NCBI GenBank assembly: GCA_965372355.1
Contig: CBDVBZ010000003.1
Coordinates: 26,517-90,516, forward strand
DNA from: an uncultured bacterium
GTDB taxonomy: Bacteria; Krumholzibacteriota; Krumholzibacteriia; WVZY01
Direction: 5' to 3'
DNA: 64,000 bases
Numbering within the stretch: position 1 is the stretch's first letter; each line of letters starts with the position of its first letter. Below are positions 28,307 through 38,731 of this stretch, one piece after another. The notes under the pieces are model-generated. The model had not been told where the DNA came from and did no database searches. It saw nothing but the letters and a program-made list of their open reading frames with translations. The translations under genes were made by a program, and so were the position numbers.

Positions 28307-31300
28307 TTGGGTCTCCGGAGACATGTTGCAGTAGTGCTGATCATGGCGATCTGGCTCCCCATGACCGCCTGGTCTCAACAGGACCCAATACGCAATAGGC
28401 CCGCCGCGCAGGACAGCTCCTATCACATCAACACCGGTACGAGCTCGCTCAAGGAGATCGACGGCGAGCGCGTCATCGAGCTCAGGGACGGCGTCCGAAT
28501 CCGGCAGGGCGACCTAACGATCACGAGCGATGAAGGACGACGGTATATGACCCGTCAACTGGCGCTGCTCATCGGTAACGTCACGATCGACCAGCACGAA
28601 CTCCATATGGAGGGAGATGAGGGCGAGTACTGGAGTTTGAAAGACGAGGCCGTGCTGATTGGCAATGTAAAGATCATCGATCGAGGCTGGGAGATCGAGT
28701 GCGATCGGGCCGAGTTCAACCGCACGACCAACCACGCGTGGCTCATCGGCAACGTTGTTGCCGCCGATTCGGCGAGCACTCTTTTGGCGGACAGCGTGTT
28801 CTACGACCAGGTGACGCAGGAGGTCGAGGCGTTCGGGAATGTCATCATATCCAACCCGGCGGAACGCATTGTGGTGACGGGCAAGCACGGGATTTTCCAT
28901 AGGGGCCTCAACGAAGCCATCCTTGATAACAATCCGCGTATGATCATCGATTCGGACAGCGAGCAACCTGCCCTGATCGATGCTGATACGATGCGGTTCT
29001 ACCCGGAAGAAAACAGAGCGGTCGCATCGGGTCGAGTGAAGATCGTCAAGGGCGAAATGGTCACGCAATGCGATTCGGCCGTCGTTATCGACAGCGAAAA
29101 ACGGGCGGAGTTGTACGGCAACCCTATGGCTCGCCAGAACAATGTGTCGATGGCCGCGGACAAGATGCTTCTCTTCTACACTGAGGAGGAGGTGAACAGG
29201 ATCGGTCTGCGAGGCAGTGCGATCATCCAGGACACGCCTTCGGACACCCTGATCGTTGATCGCGACAGCTGGGTCCAGGGGGATTCGATGGATCTCTATC
29301 TGCGGGACAACCGTGTGGACTCGATTGCGGTGGGGGGAAACGCAACGAGCGAGTACTACCCCTGGAGCGTCGATCGTGTGGAAGCGAATTTCGTACGCGG
29401 CGATGAGATGTTCTTCGTGTTCGAGAACGATTCGTTATCCAGTGTCAAAATAAGAGGCAAAGCCGACGGGGTGTACCGGTACGTGGACCTCGCGCCAAAC
29501 CAGACCGGGGACTCACTTCGTTCGGAGGTGGACACGTCACTCGTGTACGTGCCGTTTAGCACAAATGCGGAGAAGATCGTCTACTCGGCGGACTCGATCC
29601 AGTACTTCGCCCAATCACGTGATATGGTGCTCAACGGCACTGGAAAGATCATCTACGGCGATCGGACGCTGTTGGCCAAGAACATCAAATACAACTCCAA
29701 CCTGCAGCTGATCGATGCCACCGGGGCGCCGGTGCTCATCGAGGGCAGCGAGAAGCTTCGCGGCTCCCAGATGGGCTACGATCTCGACAGCGGTGTCGGG
29801 CTCGTCAAAGAGGGCGCCACGAAGTTCATACAGGGGTACTACAAGGGAGAGGATATCGCCAAGGTCGGTGACAACATCCTCAAGGTGTGGCGCTCGCAAT
29901 ACACGACGTGCGATCTCAAGGTGCCCCACTATCATTTCACATCCAACCAGATGAAGGTCTACCTCGATGACAAGGTTGTAACCGGTCCGATCGTGCTGTA
30001 CATCGGGGATACCCCGCTTATGGCGCTTCCGTTCTTTGCCCAGAATATCCGTCAGGGCAGACGGTCGGGTATCCTGAGACCGGACTTTCAGTTTGGAATC
30101 ACCGGAGGGGGAGACCGGTTTATTCGTAACATCGGCTATTACTGGGCCACGAATCAGTATACGGATTTCACAGTCGTCGGTGATTTTAACGAGGGCACGC
30201 GTGCGCAGTTCAGATTGGACAACCAGTACAGGCTCCGTTACAGCTTCGATGGAGGGTTCAACTATAGATGGTTGCGCAGACTGGACAACAATACAAACGA
30301 GTGGACAATCAAAGCCAGACACAACCAGGCGTTTCAGAGCGGATACAAGCTCAACGCGAACCTGAGTTTTGTAAGCAGTGACCGGGCACCTCAGGAAGTC
30401 AACAACATCGACCAGGTCCAGGATGTCATCGACCGGAGCATCCGGTCGACAGCCAGGGTCAGCAAGAGCTGGGAGGGAATCGTCGGGTTTTCGGCATCAA
30501 TGGATCGCCAACAGTACCTCAACGTCACCCAACCGGGCGGTGTGAAGCTGAACATGACGCTCCCGGATCTCCGTCTCTCGATACCTTCGCGGACGCTCTA
30601 CTTTGGAAAGAAGACGACACGGGGTGACAGGGGGTTTTGGGAATCGATGCTCGATAACATTCGTTTCTCGCCGGGTTTGAGTGCGAGGCGCACGGTGAAC
30701 GAACGTATCATCAGTGAGGCTGGTGCCATCATCGATCCGGAGGACCCGCCCACCGTCAAAACGGACGTTTTCGTAAGCAATCAGAGCCTGAGTTTCTCGG
30801 CCCCGACGAAGCTGGGATTCATCAACGTATCCCCGACGCTTTCGGCTTCCAACTCCTATACAAGGACCAGGATGGAGGGGGATGCGTTTCTCGACACGCT
30901 GCTTGTCCCCGGGGACACGACCGTTGTCAATGCGGTCGGCACGCTGACAAGCGAGAATGATTTTAACTGGAACATCGGAGCGGCGGCGAGTTCCAATTTC
31001 TATGGGACGTTCTATCCTACCATCGGTATTCTGACCGGTATCCGTCACCGCGTACAACCCACGGCAAGTTACAGTTTTCGGCCCGCGCGGGGCGACAGGC
31101 CTCGCAGCCAGAGCGTAAGCGTCGGGCTGACAAACTCGTTCGATTTCAAGGTCAAGGATGAGGATACGGATGAGGAGCGCAAGCTCAGCAACGTGCTCTT
31201 GTGGTCGCTCCGCTCGGCGTACAACCCCGATGCGCCGAGCAAACGAAACTGGAGCACGATCGGCAGTAATCTCAACACTCAAGTTTACGGTGTGAGCTTC

Positions 31301-31873
31301 TCGCTGAACAACAGCATCGATCCGTACGAGTGGGAAGTCACCTCCACCCGGATGACGTCGAACTTCACGTTCAGAGGGACGCACGGCCTCGGGCTCGCCG
31401 GGGGAGGTCCGAAGACCTCGGATCTCAACCCATTGGCCGCGGATACAACGGGTGTCGATGAGGATACGCCCCTGGGCGATGCGCGCGACACCGGTACGCG
31501 TCCCAAGGATGAGAGAGACCCCAACCAGCAAGGGCTCAATTGGAGTATCCGCGCGGCGCTCAGTTTCTCGAAGCTCAAGGGGTTCGATCCCGCTTCGACA
31601 CTCAACCTGGGGGCTTCGATCAACCTCACACGCAATTGGCTGATCACCTACAACACCAGCTACAATGTCGAAACGCGCGAAATCCAGGGACAGAACTACA
31701 CACTGGCCCGAGACCTCCACTGTTGGGAGATGTCGATATCGCGACAGCAACTCGGTGATCGGTGGGAGTACTACTTCAGGATCTCGCTGAAGGCACATCG
31801 CGACCTCTACGCCGAACAGGGCCCACGCGGTCTTGCCGGCGGCGGCGGCATACCCGGTCAATTCAACTATTAG
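28307..31873 (+). CDS. lptD: LptD-type LPS-assembly protein with greatly extended OstA/LptA-like N-terminal region
   Basis: Signal peptide; repeated OstA strands (ADSVFY, ADTMRF, CDSAV, ADKML, GDSMD, ADSIQY); YTTCD..PHY; barrel ending RDLHCWE. Confidence 0.8.
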   Translation: MGLRRHVAVVLIMAIWLPMTAWSQQDPIRNRPAAQDSSYHINTGTSSLKEIDGERVIELRDGVRIRQGDLTITSDEGRRYMTRQLALLIGNVTIDQHELHMEGDEGEYWSLKDEAVLIGNVKIIDRGWEIECDRAEFNRTTNHAWLIGNVVAADSASTLLADSVFYDQVTQEVEAFGNVIISNPAERIVVTGKHGIFHRGLNEAILDNNPRMIIDSDSEQPALIDADTMRFYPEENRAVASGRVKIVKGEMVTQCDSAVVIDSEKRAELYGNPMARQNNVSMAADKMLLFYTEEEVNRIGLRGSAIIQDTPSDTLIVDRDSWVQGDSMDLYLRDNRVDSIAVGGNATSEYYPWSVDRVEANFVRGDEMFFVFENDSLSSVKIRGKADGVYRYVDLAPNQTGDSLRSEVDTSLVYVPFSTNAEKIVYSADSIQYFAQSRDMVLNGTGKIIYGDRTLLAKNIKYNSNLQLIDATGAPVLIEGSEKLRGSQMGYDLDSGVGLVKEGATKFIQGYYKGEDIAKVGDNILKVWRSQYTTCDLKVPHYHFTSNQMKVYLDDKVVTGPIVLYIGDTPLMALPFFAQNIRQGRRSGILRPDFQFGITGGGDRFIRNIGYYWATNQYTDFTVVGDFNEGTRAQFRLDNQYRLRYSFDGGFNYRWLRRLDNNTNEWTIKARHNQAFQSGYKLNANLSFVSSDRAPQEVNNIDQVQDVIDRSIRSTARVSKSWEGIVGFSASMDRQQYLNVTQPGGVKLNMTLPDLRLSIPSRTLYFGKKTTRGDRGFWESMLDNIRFSPGLSARRTVNERIISEAGAIIDPEDPPTVKTDVFVSNQSLSFSAPTKLGFINVSPTLSASNSYTRTRMEGDAFLDTLLVPGDTTVVNAVGTLTSENDFNWNIGAAASSNFYGTFYPTIGILTGIRHRVQPTASYSFRPARGDRPRSQSVSVGLTNSFDFKVKDEDTDEERKLSNVLLWSLRSAYNPDAPSKRNWSTIGSNLNTQVYGVSFSLNNSIDPYEWEVTSTRMTSNFTFRGTHGLGLAGGGPKTSDLNPLAADTTGVDEDTPLGDARDTGTRPKDERDPNQQGLNWSIRAALSFSKLKGFDPASTLNLGASINLTRNWLITYNTSYNVETREIQGQNYTLARDLHCWEMSISRQQLGDRWEYYFRISLKAHRDLYAEQGPRGLAGGGGIPGQFNY

Positions 31874-32027
31874 CATTCGCGGACATTCCCTTTCCTTAAG
31901 CCTCAATCGGCATGCTCAAATGATGACAAACACGGTTCTGTCGCATACGAATGCGGACTTCGAGTGACCAGAGTTTTTTGCACATCGAGTAGTTCCCTTT
32001 CCCATGCGAGAAAGTGAAGAATAATCA

Positions 32028-32057
32028 TTGACAGGATTTTTTGGACTACCCTAAAGT
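32028..32057 (+). promoter_or_regulatory. sigma70 promoter of HU gene
   Basis: TTGACA-N18-TAAAGT upstream of the GGAGAGGAGGTG RBS region. Confidence 0.55.
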
Positions 32058-32086
32058 GCCGATAACAACAGGAGAGGAGGTGTAAC

Positions 32087-32380
32087 GTGAACAAAACAGA
32101 ACTCGTCGAAAAGGTTGCGGGAAAGACCGGGTTGACTCTGAAGGATTCGAAGATAGTGGTGGACGCCATTTTCAGCACCGTTCCGAAGGAAGGCATTATC
32201 GCGTCCGAGCTCAACGCTGGCCGGAAAGTCCAGATTACCGGTTTTGGGACCTTTCAGGTTCGTAAGAGAAAGAAGCGCGAGGGTAGAAACCCGCAGACCG
32301 GGGAGCCGATTCAGATCCCCGCATCTCGTTTCCCCGCGTTTTCGTCCGGGCGGTCGCTCAAAGAGCGCATCCGCAAATAG
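32087..32380 (+). CDS. hup: HU family DNA-binding protein
   Basis: MNKTEL, GFGTF, GRNPQTGE, PAFS.G..LK. Confidence 0.95.
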   Translation: MNKTELVEKVAGKTGLTLKDSKIVVDAIFSTVPKEGIIASELNAGRKVQITGFGTFQVRKRKKREGRNPQTGEPIQIPASRFPAFSSGRSLKERIRK

Positions 32381-32410
32381 GGGACACCAGGGGAGAACAG
32401 TTTTTTTGTG

Positions 32411-32439
32411 GCGGGGCCGAGTGGCCCCGCTATTTCTTT
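32411..32439 (+). terminator. Intrinsic terminator after hup
   Basis: GCGGGGCC-GAGT-GGCCCCGC stem then TATTTCTTT. Confidence 0.75.
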
Positions 32440-32478
32440 GTTGGAGATCTGAATTAATTCATTATATTTGGGAAGGTT

Positions 32479-33303
32479 ATGAGAAAAGCTCGCACCGTCG
32501 AGCTCGGGAAGGGACTCACCGTGAAGACTCGGATCCTCGTCATCTTGATCCTGTTTTTTGCCGGCTTGCCTGCAGGCACGTCCTGGGCCGAGAGCAGCTT
32601 TTTTATCCCCGGTGTTGATTTCTCGAAGCTGGTTCTCGAGGAGGGTGCCTGGTGTCGTTACCGGATCGCCGACGAGGCGCTCGGTTTGATCGACTCGAGC
32701 GAGATCTACGTCGGTATTCCATCGAGCGAGATGACACCGGAAGGGCACGCCTTCTGGGTGGAGATCGAGACGCGGCCGGTGGGGGCAGGGACGGCAGAAG
32801 CCCAGGTCCTGAAACTACTTGTCTTGGAACGAATAAGGAACTTTACCGTCGGGGATTCACTGGGCGACTACGTCGTCAGGTTGTATAGTAAAAGTGGCGC
32901 ACATCCGCCCCAGGAAGAGGACCCGAAGGAGTTCAGACGGTTCTCCCTGGTCATCCCCACGACGGATTCCTCATGGGTAGCCACGCCGGACGTGCCGACC
33001 GCCACGGCGGGAGGAGATTTTACCTGCATCAGAAAAGAACGTGTCGTCGTAGACGACAAGGAGATCCCCACCGGCAACATCACGTTGATCAAGAAGGCAC
33101 GGGACGACTTCAAGGTATGGTTCTGTGATGATATCCCGGTTTTCCGGCTTGCGAGGTGTGAAATCGTTCGGGTTCGAGAGACGGAAACGGTCCCCAAGAT
33201 AAAGGGGATACCCGCATCGGGCCGGAAAGACTCGAGAACGACCGCAGAGCTTGTCGCCTTTGGCTACGATGCCAGACCGATTCTGCCCCTGGAAGGGCGA
33301 TAA
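32479..33303 (+). CDS. Hypothetical exported protein
   Basis: Signal-peptide-like ILVILILFFAGLPAGTSWA; coding codon bias; no family recognised. Confidence 0.65.
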   Translation: MRKARTVELGKGLTVKTRILVILILFFAGLPAGTSWAESSFFIPGVDFSKLVLEEGAWCRYRIADEALGLIDSSEIYVGIPSSEMTPEGHAFWVEIETRPVGAGTAEAQVLKLLVLERIRNFTVGDSLGDYVVRLYSKSGAHPPQEEDPKEFRRFSLVIPTTDSSWVATPDVPTATAGGDFTCIRKERVVVDDKEIPTGNITLIKKARDDFKVWFCDDIPVFRLARCEIVRVRETETVPKIKGIPASGRKDSRTTAELVAFGYDARPILPLEGR

Positions 33304-33319
33304 CCAAGGAAGGTCCGTG

Positions 33320-35516
33320 ATGCGTCACCTATGGGGCTGTGTTACTGTTCTGCTCCTGGGGTGTGTTTTGCTTCCACAACCGGCCGCGTCGGCCGCGGGA
33401 GACCCGCCTGCCAAGGTAAATGCATACGCAATAGAGGATGGTCCCAAACAGAGGATATTCATTCGGTGCGGTTCCGTGACTGAATCCGAGGTCATTGCGC
33501 TCAGAAAGAGGCTGACGGAATCGGGTGCCGAGAAGGTCAATCTCTTCTTCTCGTCCGTCATTGGGTGCGAGATACCGACCGCTCTCGATCCCGGGGAGTT
33601 GATCGGTGATGATCGCTTTTCGTTTATAGAGGAGTCCCGCGTCGACGTGGCGAAGTCAGCTACCGACGAGATCGCGCGGGTCAAACAGTATTATGAGATG
33701 GCGAACAAAGTGGCCAACGGTGGACCGTCACTGATCCCGTCGGCCGATTTCCACGATCGCGTCGTTTACAACTCCCCCGAGATCATCGAGAAATCAAGGT
33801 GGCGTCCGGTCGAGGGCGCGCCGGGGCAGTTCGCCGCAGGGCGGGGTGTCAGTGAGAACTCCGAGTTCATGATTGGCGACGTCCTGGTTCAACTCGTATT
33901 CCCCGAGAGCGAAGGTGTGACGCAGACCGAGAACTGGACGAACCGGGAGCTGATTGACGCGAGCCAGGGCTCCGTCGTCGGCTCGCTCGCCTATCAGCAG
34001 ACGTATGGCTATGTACCGATCAGCTTTGTGTTCACGAAGGTAGAACGGGCCGAGATCTCCTTCGAGCCGATTCATCACAACCTCAACAATGACGCCACGA
34101 CCTGGATACCCAACGTCATGACGAACATGGGTTACGGTGGGCCAAAGGATGCCTAGGTGGCGGTCCACAACTACAATGAGGAAGGCCGCAGGCGTTTCGG
34201 TACCGATTGGGTTTTTACGGTCTTTATCGCAAACAGTCGCAACGAGCCCGGTCATATCTTCTCGGGCAGCACCGGCGCCGTCGGATTGTCAGTCCAGCTC
34301 GGGATACCTGAACTACCTGAACCGGAACAAACAGACGCGTATGATGGATGGAACCATCGTCGGCTGTCCGGACTATGTTGATTGCCTGATGTGGAACGCG
34401 CGGGCGTCCGAAGAGTCCGGACGACCGATATGCAAATGGACCGCAGGACAGATCGGTACCATCGACGGCAACGGCAACGGTATACCGAACGTGTTCGACA
34501 GGGGGCCGACCGTCGTGTTCGAGGGAGATACCGAGGTATACGTCAGGGATCCAAGTATCACGCTGAGGATGACGGCCAAATCGTTGGCGGTGCAAAACCG
34601 CAACCCGAGGCACGACGCCGCAAAGGACTACGCCGCACCGCTCAAGGATGCGGTTTTGAGTATCGATGGGATCGGGGAGATCCGCCTCGATCCGGATGAC
34701 GGACGGTGGAACGAGGCCGAGGAGGAGTTGACGTTCGCGCTCCACGGCCTCTCTGGAGGATTGACACGTGTCCAGGTCCGCGCGCGCAACGCGTTCGGCG
34801 CGGGATCGGGCACGATAGAGAAGAGAATCTACTTTCTCGGACTCAAGTTCGCGTTGTTCAACTTCCGCATGGAGAGGGACTTCATCGAGACGAGATGGAA
34901 GACTGTTGGCGAGACGTTTGATGCGAAAATCGATTTGTACCGCATCACAAACGTATTCGGCACCCCCGACACGACGTTGGTAGAGGCCAATGTTCCAGCG
35001 GAAAATCCCGGAGAACTCTTTCAGAACTACTCGGTCGTGGATAGCGATATCACACCGGGACACGAGTATCACTACTTTGTGGTGGGAAGTTTCGAATGGA
35101 GCGGTCCCGACACAACCGAGACGATCTCCACGCAATATGGCACGTTCGATATCCGAGCGATGTTGCCCCTGAGCGGCGGGCAGCATGTATCCAATGTCGC
35201 GCCGAATCCTTTTCGCGAGACGACAACGATATCGATTGATGTGCCGCAGACGTTTGTCGACACTGAAGTGGGTGACCTGCCCGGTGCCGGGTTCGGGATT
35301 CCCAGGGAGGTGCCGACCGAAGTGGCGATCACGGTCTATGATGTCAAGGGCCGCCTCGTAAAGGATATATACACCGGTAGCCTGTTCTCGCGTGTCGTAT
35401 CGTTTACGTGGGATGGAACCAACGCGAACAACCAACGTGTACCGTCTGGTGTATACTTCATCAGAGCCTCAGCGGGCCCTGTGCAGGAAGTCAGGAAGGT
35501 TGCCGTCGTTCGCTGA
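33320..35516 (+). pseudogene. Disrupted secreted protein (probable metalloprotease) with C-terminal FlgD-Ig domain
   Basis: In-frame TAG at 34154-34156, coding-like continuation, frame change near 34270; 3' part ends NVAPNPF...ITVYDVKGRLV...WDGTN...PSGVYF. Confidence 0.7.
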
Positions 35517-35559
35517 CAACCGGTCTCCGAATTTCTGTCTGCTGATATATCGCCCTGTA

Positions 35560-35589
35560 TTGACATAAGTTACAGTGCCGTGCTATAAC
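35560..35589 (+). promoter_or_regulatory. sigma70 promoter of the CBS-CGL operon
   Basis: TTGACA-N18-TATAAC with TG extended -10. Confidence 0.65.
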
Positions 35590-35656
35590 TCCGGAGGAGT
35601 TTGCGAGGATGTAGCGCTGCCCGGGGGGTTGGTGTATACCATCTGGAGATGGAACC

Positions 35657-37069
35657 ATGTCACTTGATTTGTCCAAAGTAATGTACGCAAAGACTGTGCT
35701 CGATACGATCGGCGGCACGCCATTGGTGAAGCTGAACAACGTGACGAGAGATGTGAAGGCCACTGTCCTGGCAAAGATCGAGTCCTTCAACCCGGGAGGA
35801 AGTGTCAAGGACCGAATCGGATCTCACATCATCGCGGACGCCGAGAAGAAAGGGGACCTCAAACCAGGTGGCACTATTGTTGAGTCGACATCGGGCAACA
35901 CTGGAGTGGGTTTGGCACTGGTTGCCGCGATCAAGGGTTATAAAGCTGTCTTCACCATGCCGGACAAGATGAGCCAGGAGAAGATCCAGTTGCTCAGGTC
36001 GTACGGCGCGAAGGTGATCACTTGTCCGACCGCTGTTCCCCCGGAATCCGACGAGAGCTATTACACTGTGGCCAAACGGATCGTCGCGGAAACACCCAAC
36101 TCCATCCTCGCGGATCAGTACTACAATCCGCTGAATCCGAGGGCGCACTACCTGACAACCGGCCCCGAGATCTGGGAGGCTACTGGAGGCCAGATCGGAT
36201 ATTTTGTCTGCGGTATCGGTACCGGAGGTACGATCAGTGGGGTCGGCCGCTTCCTCAAGGAAAAGAACCCGCAGGTCAAGATCATCGGCGCCGATCCCGA
36301 AGGGAGCATTCTCCGGGAGTATTTCTATACCAAAGAGCTGGGGGAGGCCCGCCCGTACCTCGTCGAGGGTATCGGCGAGGATATAGTGCCCGGGACCTTC
36401 GAGCTCGAGTATATCGACGACATCTTCACCGTGAGTGATCAGGAGTCGTTCAGTATGGCGAGGCGTTTGTCCCGGGAAGAGGGACTGATGGTAGGTGGGT
36501 CTTGCGGTACCGCCGCGCACGTCGCGCTCGAGCTCGCCCGGGATCTGGACAAGGATGCCCTGGTCGTGGTGCTTCTCCCCGACAGAGGTGAGAGATACCT
36601 CAGCAAGTTTCATTCTGACGAGTGGATGCAAAAACACCACATGCTCGACGCGGAGTATTTGACGGTTGGTAACCTGCTGCGAGAGAAGGCGGGCAAAATG
36701 CCGGTTGTCGCGTATGTGAATGTCGACGACAGCATCCAGACGGCCGTCGAGCTCATGAAGAAGTACAATGTGACGCAGGTGCCGGTGAAAAAGGGAGACG
36801 AGTGGGTGGGCAAGCTCACCGAATGGTATTTGCTCGATCAACTACTGGAGCGGAAGGTGTCGGCCGACGAACTGGTGGGCAACGCGATGGACAAACCGTT
36901 CCCCGTACTCGGACCGGATGCAAGCTACTCGGAGGCGCTCAAGCTGTTTTCCGAGCGCAACATGGCGATCCTGGTCGTGGATGGCAAAGAGACGGTTGGC
37001 ATCGTCACCAAATCCGATCTCGTGGAGACCATACTCCACGCTCTCGGCCGGACCGACGAACGCTCCTAG
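35657..37069 (+). CDS. cbs: Cystathionine beta-synthase (PLP domain + C-terminal CBS pair)
   Basis: NPGGSVKDR, ESTSGNTG, GTGGT, EGIG, LLPDRGERY, CBS domains. Confidence 0.9.
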   Translation: MSLDLSKVMYAKTVLDTIGGTPLVKLNNVTRDVKATVLAKIESFNPGGSVKDRIGSHIIADAEKKGDLKPGGTIVESTSGNTGVGLALVAAIKGYKAVFTMPDKMSQEKIQLLRSYGAKVITCPTAVPPESDESYYTVAKRIVAETPNSILADQYYNPLNPRAHYLTTGPEIWEATGGQIGYFVCGIGTGGTISGVGRFLKEKNPQVKIIGADPEGSILREYFYTKELGEARPYLVEGIGEDIVPGTFELEYIDDIFTVSDQESFSMARRLSREEGLMVGGSCGTAAHVALELARDLDKDALVVVLLPDRGERYLSKFHSDEWMQKHHMLDAEYLTVGNLLREKAGKMPVVAYVNVDDSIQTAVELMKKYNVTQVPVKKGDEWVGKLTEWYLLDQLLERKVSADELVGNAMDKPFPVLGPDASYSEALKLFSERNMAILVVDGKETVGIVTKSDLVETILHALGRTDERS

Positions 37070-37140
37070 ATATGCTCGCAACTTGTTTATTAACAATGTA
37101 ATTTATCGTATTGTCTTCGGCTTTCACGCGGAGGTTCGTC

Positions 37141-38277
37141 ATGGGGTTTGCGACTGACGCGATCCACGGTGGGCAGTCGTCCGAGGCTACGACGGGCGCG
37201 GTCATCCCGCCGATATTCCAGACATCGACCTATCAGCAGGACGGGTTGGGAGAGCATCGCGGGTATGAGTACGCGCGCACGCAGAACCCCACGCGGGAAG
37301 CGTATGAACGCAACATCGCGGTGCTGGAGAAGGGCAGGTTCGGTATTGCGTTTGCTTCCGGTATGTCCGCGGTTACCTCGGTGATGCAGCTTTTTGGAGT
37401 TGGAGATGAGATTGTCGTTTCGGACAACGTCTATGGCGGGACCCATCGGGTTGCCGAAATGGTGCTCAATCGCCTGGGTCTGAAGTTCAAATTCGTCGAC
37501 ACGACGCACGTCGAAACGATCGAGGACTCGATCAACGAACGCACCAAGCTGATCTTTGTCGAGACACCGACAAACCCGCTGCTCAAAGTCACGGATATCG
37601 CCGGCGTCGCCGCGTTGGCAAAATCGAGGGGAATCCTCCTCGCGGTGGACAACACGTTCATGAGTCCGTACTTTCAGAATCCTCTCGAGCTTGGCGCCGA
37701 TATCGTGCTGCACAGCACGACCAAGTTCTTGAACGGCCACAGCGATATGGTAGGTGGAATTGTCGTGGCGAACGATGAGGAACTGGCAGACAGATTCCGT
37801 TTTCTGCAGAACGCCGTTGGCGCTATACCCGGGCCCTTTGATTGCTGGCTGGCCCTGCGCGGCACGAAGACGCTTGTCGTCCGGATGAAGCAGCATGAGG
37901 AGAACGCGCGTCGGATCGCGTCCTGCCTTGTGAATCACGAAGCGATCGAGAAGATTCATTACCCGGGCCTAGAGCAACATCTCCAACATGAGCTTCAGAA
38001 GAAACAGGCCCGCGGGTTTGGGGCGTTGATATCTTTCGATGTAGGTTCGATTGATCGCGCGAAGAGTGCTTTGAAAGCGGTTCGGTTGTTCACGCTCGCG
38101 GAAAGTCTCGGTGGTGTCGAGAGTCTGATCAGTCATCCGGCAACGATGACACACGCGAGCGTTCCAAGAGAACACCGCGAAGCGATTGGTGTCACGGATG
38201 GCTTGATAAGAATCTCGGTTGGCATTGAAGACGTCGAAGACTTGGAAGCAGATCTCTTGCGCGCGCTTACTTTCTGA
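37141..38277 (+). CDS. Cystathionine gamma-lyase/synthase
   Basis: PPIFQTSTY, YARTQNPT, ETPTNP, HSTTKFLNGHSD, AESLGGVESL. Confidence 0.92.
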   Translation: MGFATDAIHGGQSSEATTGAVIPPIFQTSTYQQDGLGEHRGYEYARTQNPTREAYERNIAVLEKGRFGIAFASGMSAVTSVMQLFGVGDEIVVSDNVYGGTHRVAEMVLNRLGLKFKFVDTTHVETIEDSINERTKLIFVETPTNPLLKVTDIAGVAALAKSRGILLAVDNTFMSPYFQNPLELGADIVLHSTTKFLNGHSDMVGGIVVANDEELADRFRFLQNAVGAIPGPFDCWLALRGTKTLVVRMKQHEENARRIASCLVNHEAIEKIHYPGLEQHLQHELQKKQARGFGALISFDVGSIDRAKSALKAVRLFTLAESLGGVESLISHPATMTHASVPREHREAIGVTDGLIRISVGIEDVEDLEADLLRALTF

Positions 38278-38318
38278 CGAAACGTTTCTTGTTGTTACAA
38301 AAAGTTTCTTTAAAGACC

Positions 38319-38436
38319 TTGCACGTTTGTGATTTCTGGTATATATTCTCTCTGTTGTTGCTGCCATTTCCACCGCTGTTTATTTCGAACTGATCCTCAT
38401 TTTGTGCTTGACGTGATTGTGCGAAAGTCCTAGCTT
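38319..38436 (+). promoter_or_regulatory. Tandem sigma70-like promoters upstream of small Zn-binding genes
   Basis: TTGCAC-N17-TATATT (38319-38347) and TTGACG-N17-TAGCTT (38408-38436). Confidence 0.55.
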
Positions 38437-38538
38437 TGCACAAGATATTGTATGGATCGCAGGTCAAAGCACAGCATCCTGTGTCTCCCCAACGAGCCGG
38501 TTGCTGATCGATTCAGCGCAACTTTGAGGAGCGTGGTC

Positions 38539-38721
38539 ATGGCGAAACAGGAGAAGCCAGGTCTTCTGAGGAAAGACAAGGAATACGTCAAGTTTGTGCA
38601 GTTGTTGCAGCGAGCGGAGAAAGACGGGAGACTCGACGGGGGCTTTGTCTGCAAACTGTGCGGAATGAAGTTCGCGACGGCCGATGACGCGGCCATGTGC
38701 TGCAAGGTGACCGTCTCGTAG
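38539..38721 (+). CDS. 60-aa protein with C2H2-like Zn finger (CxxC...CC)
   Basis: GAGGAG RBS; FVCKLCGMKFATADDAAMCC. Confidence 0.7.
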   Translation: MAKQEKPGLLRKDKEYVKFVQLLQRAEKDGRLDGGFVCKLCGMKFATADDAAMCCKVTVS

Positions 38722-38731
38722 GAGTTGGGAG

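Noticed and set aside
34154-34156. In-frame TAG as pyrrolysine or recoded stop
   Set aside because: A frameshift follows about 120 nt later, TAG ends many other genes here, and no pyl genes are seen
35590-35656. SAM riboswitch upstream of cbs
   Set aside because: Leader is only about 60 nt and lacks S-box consensus elements
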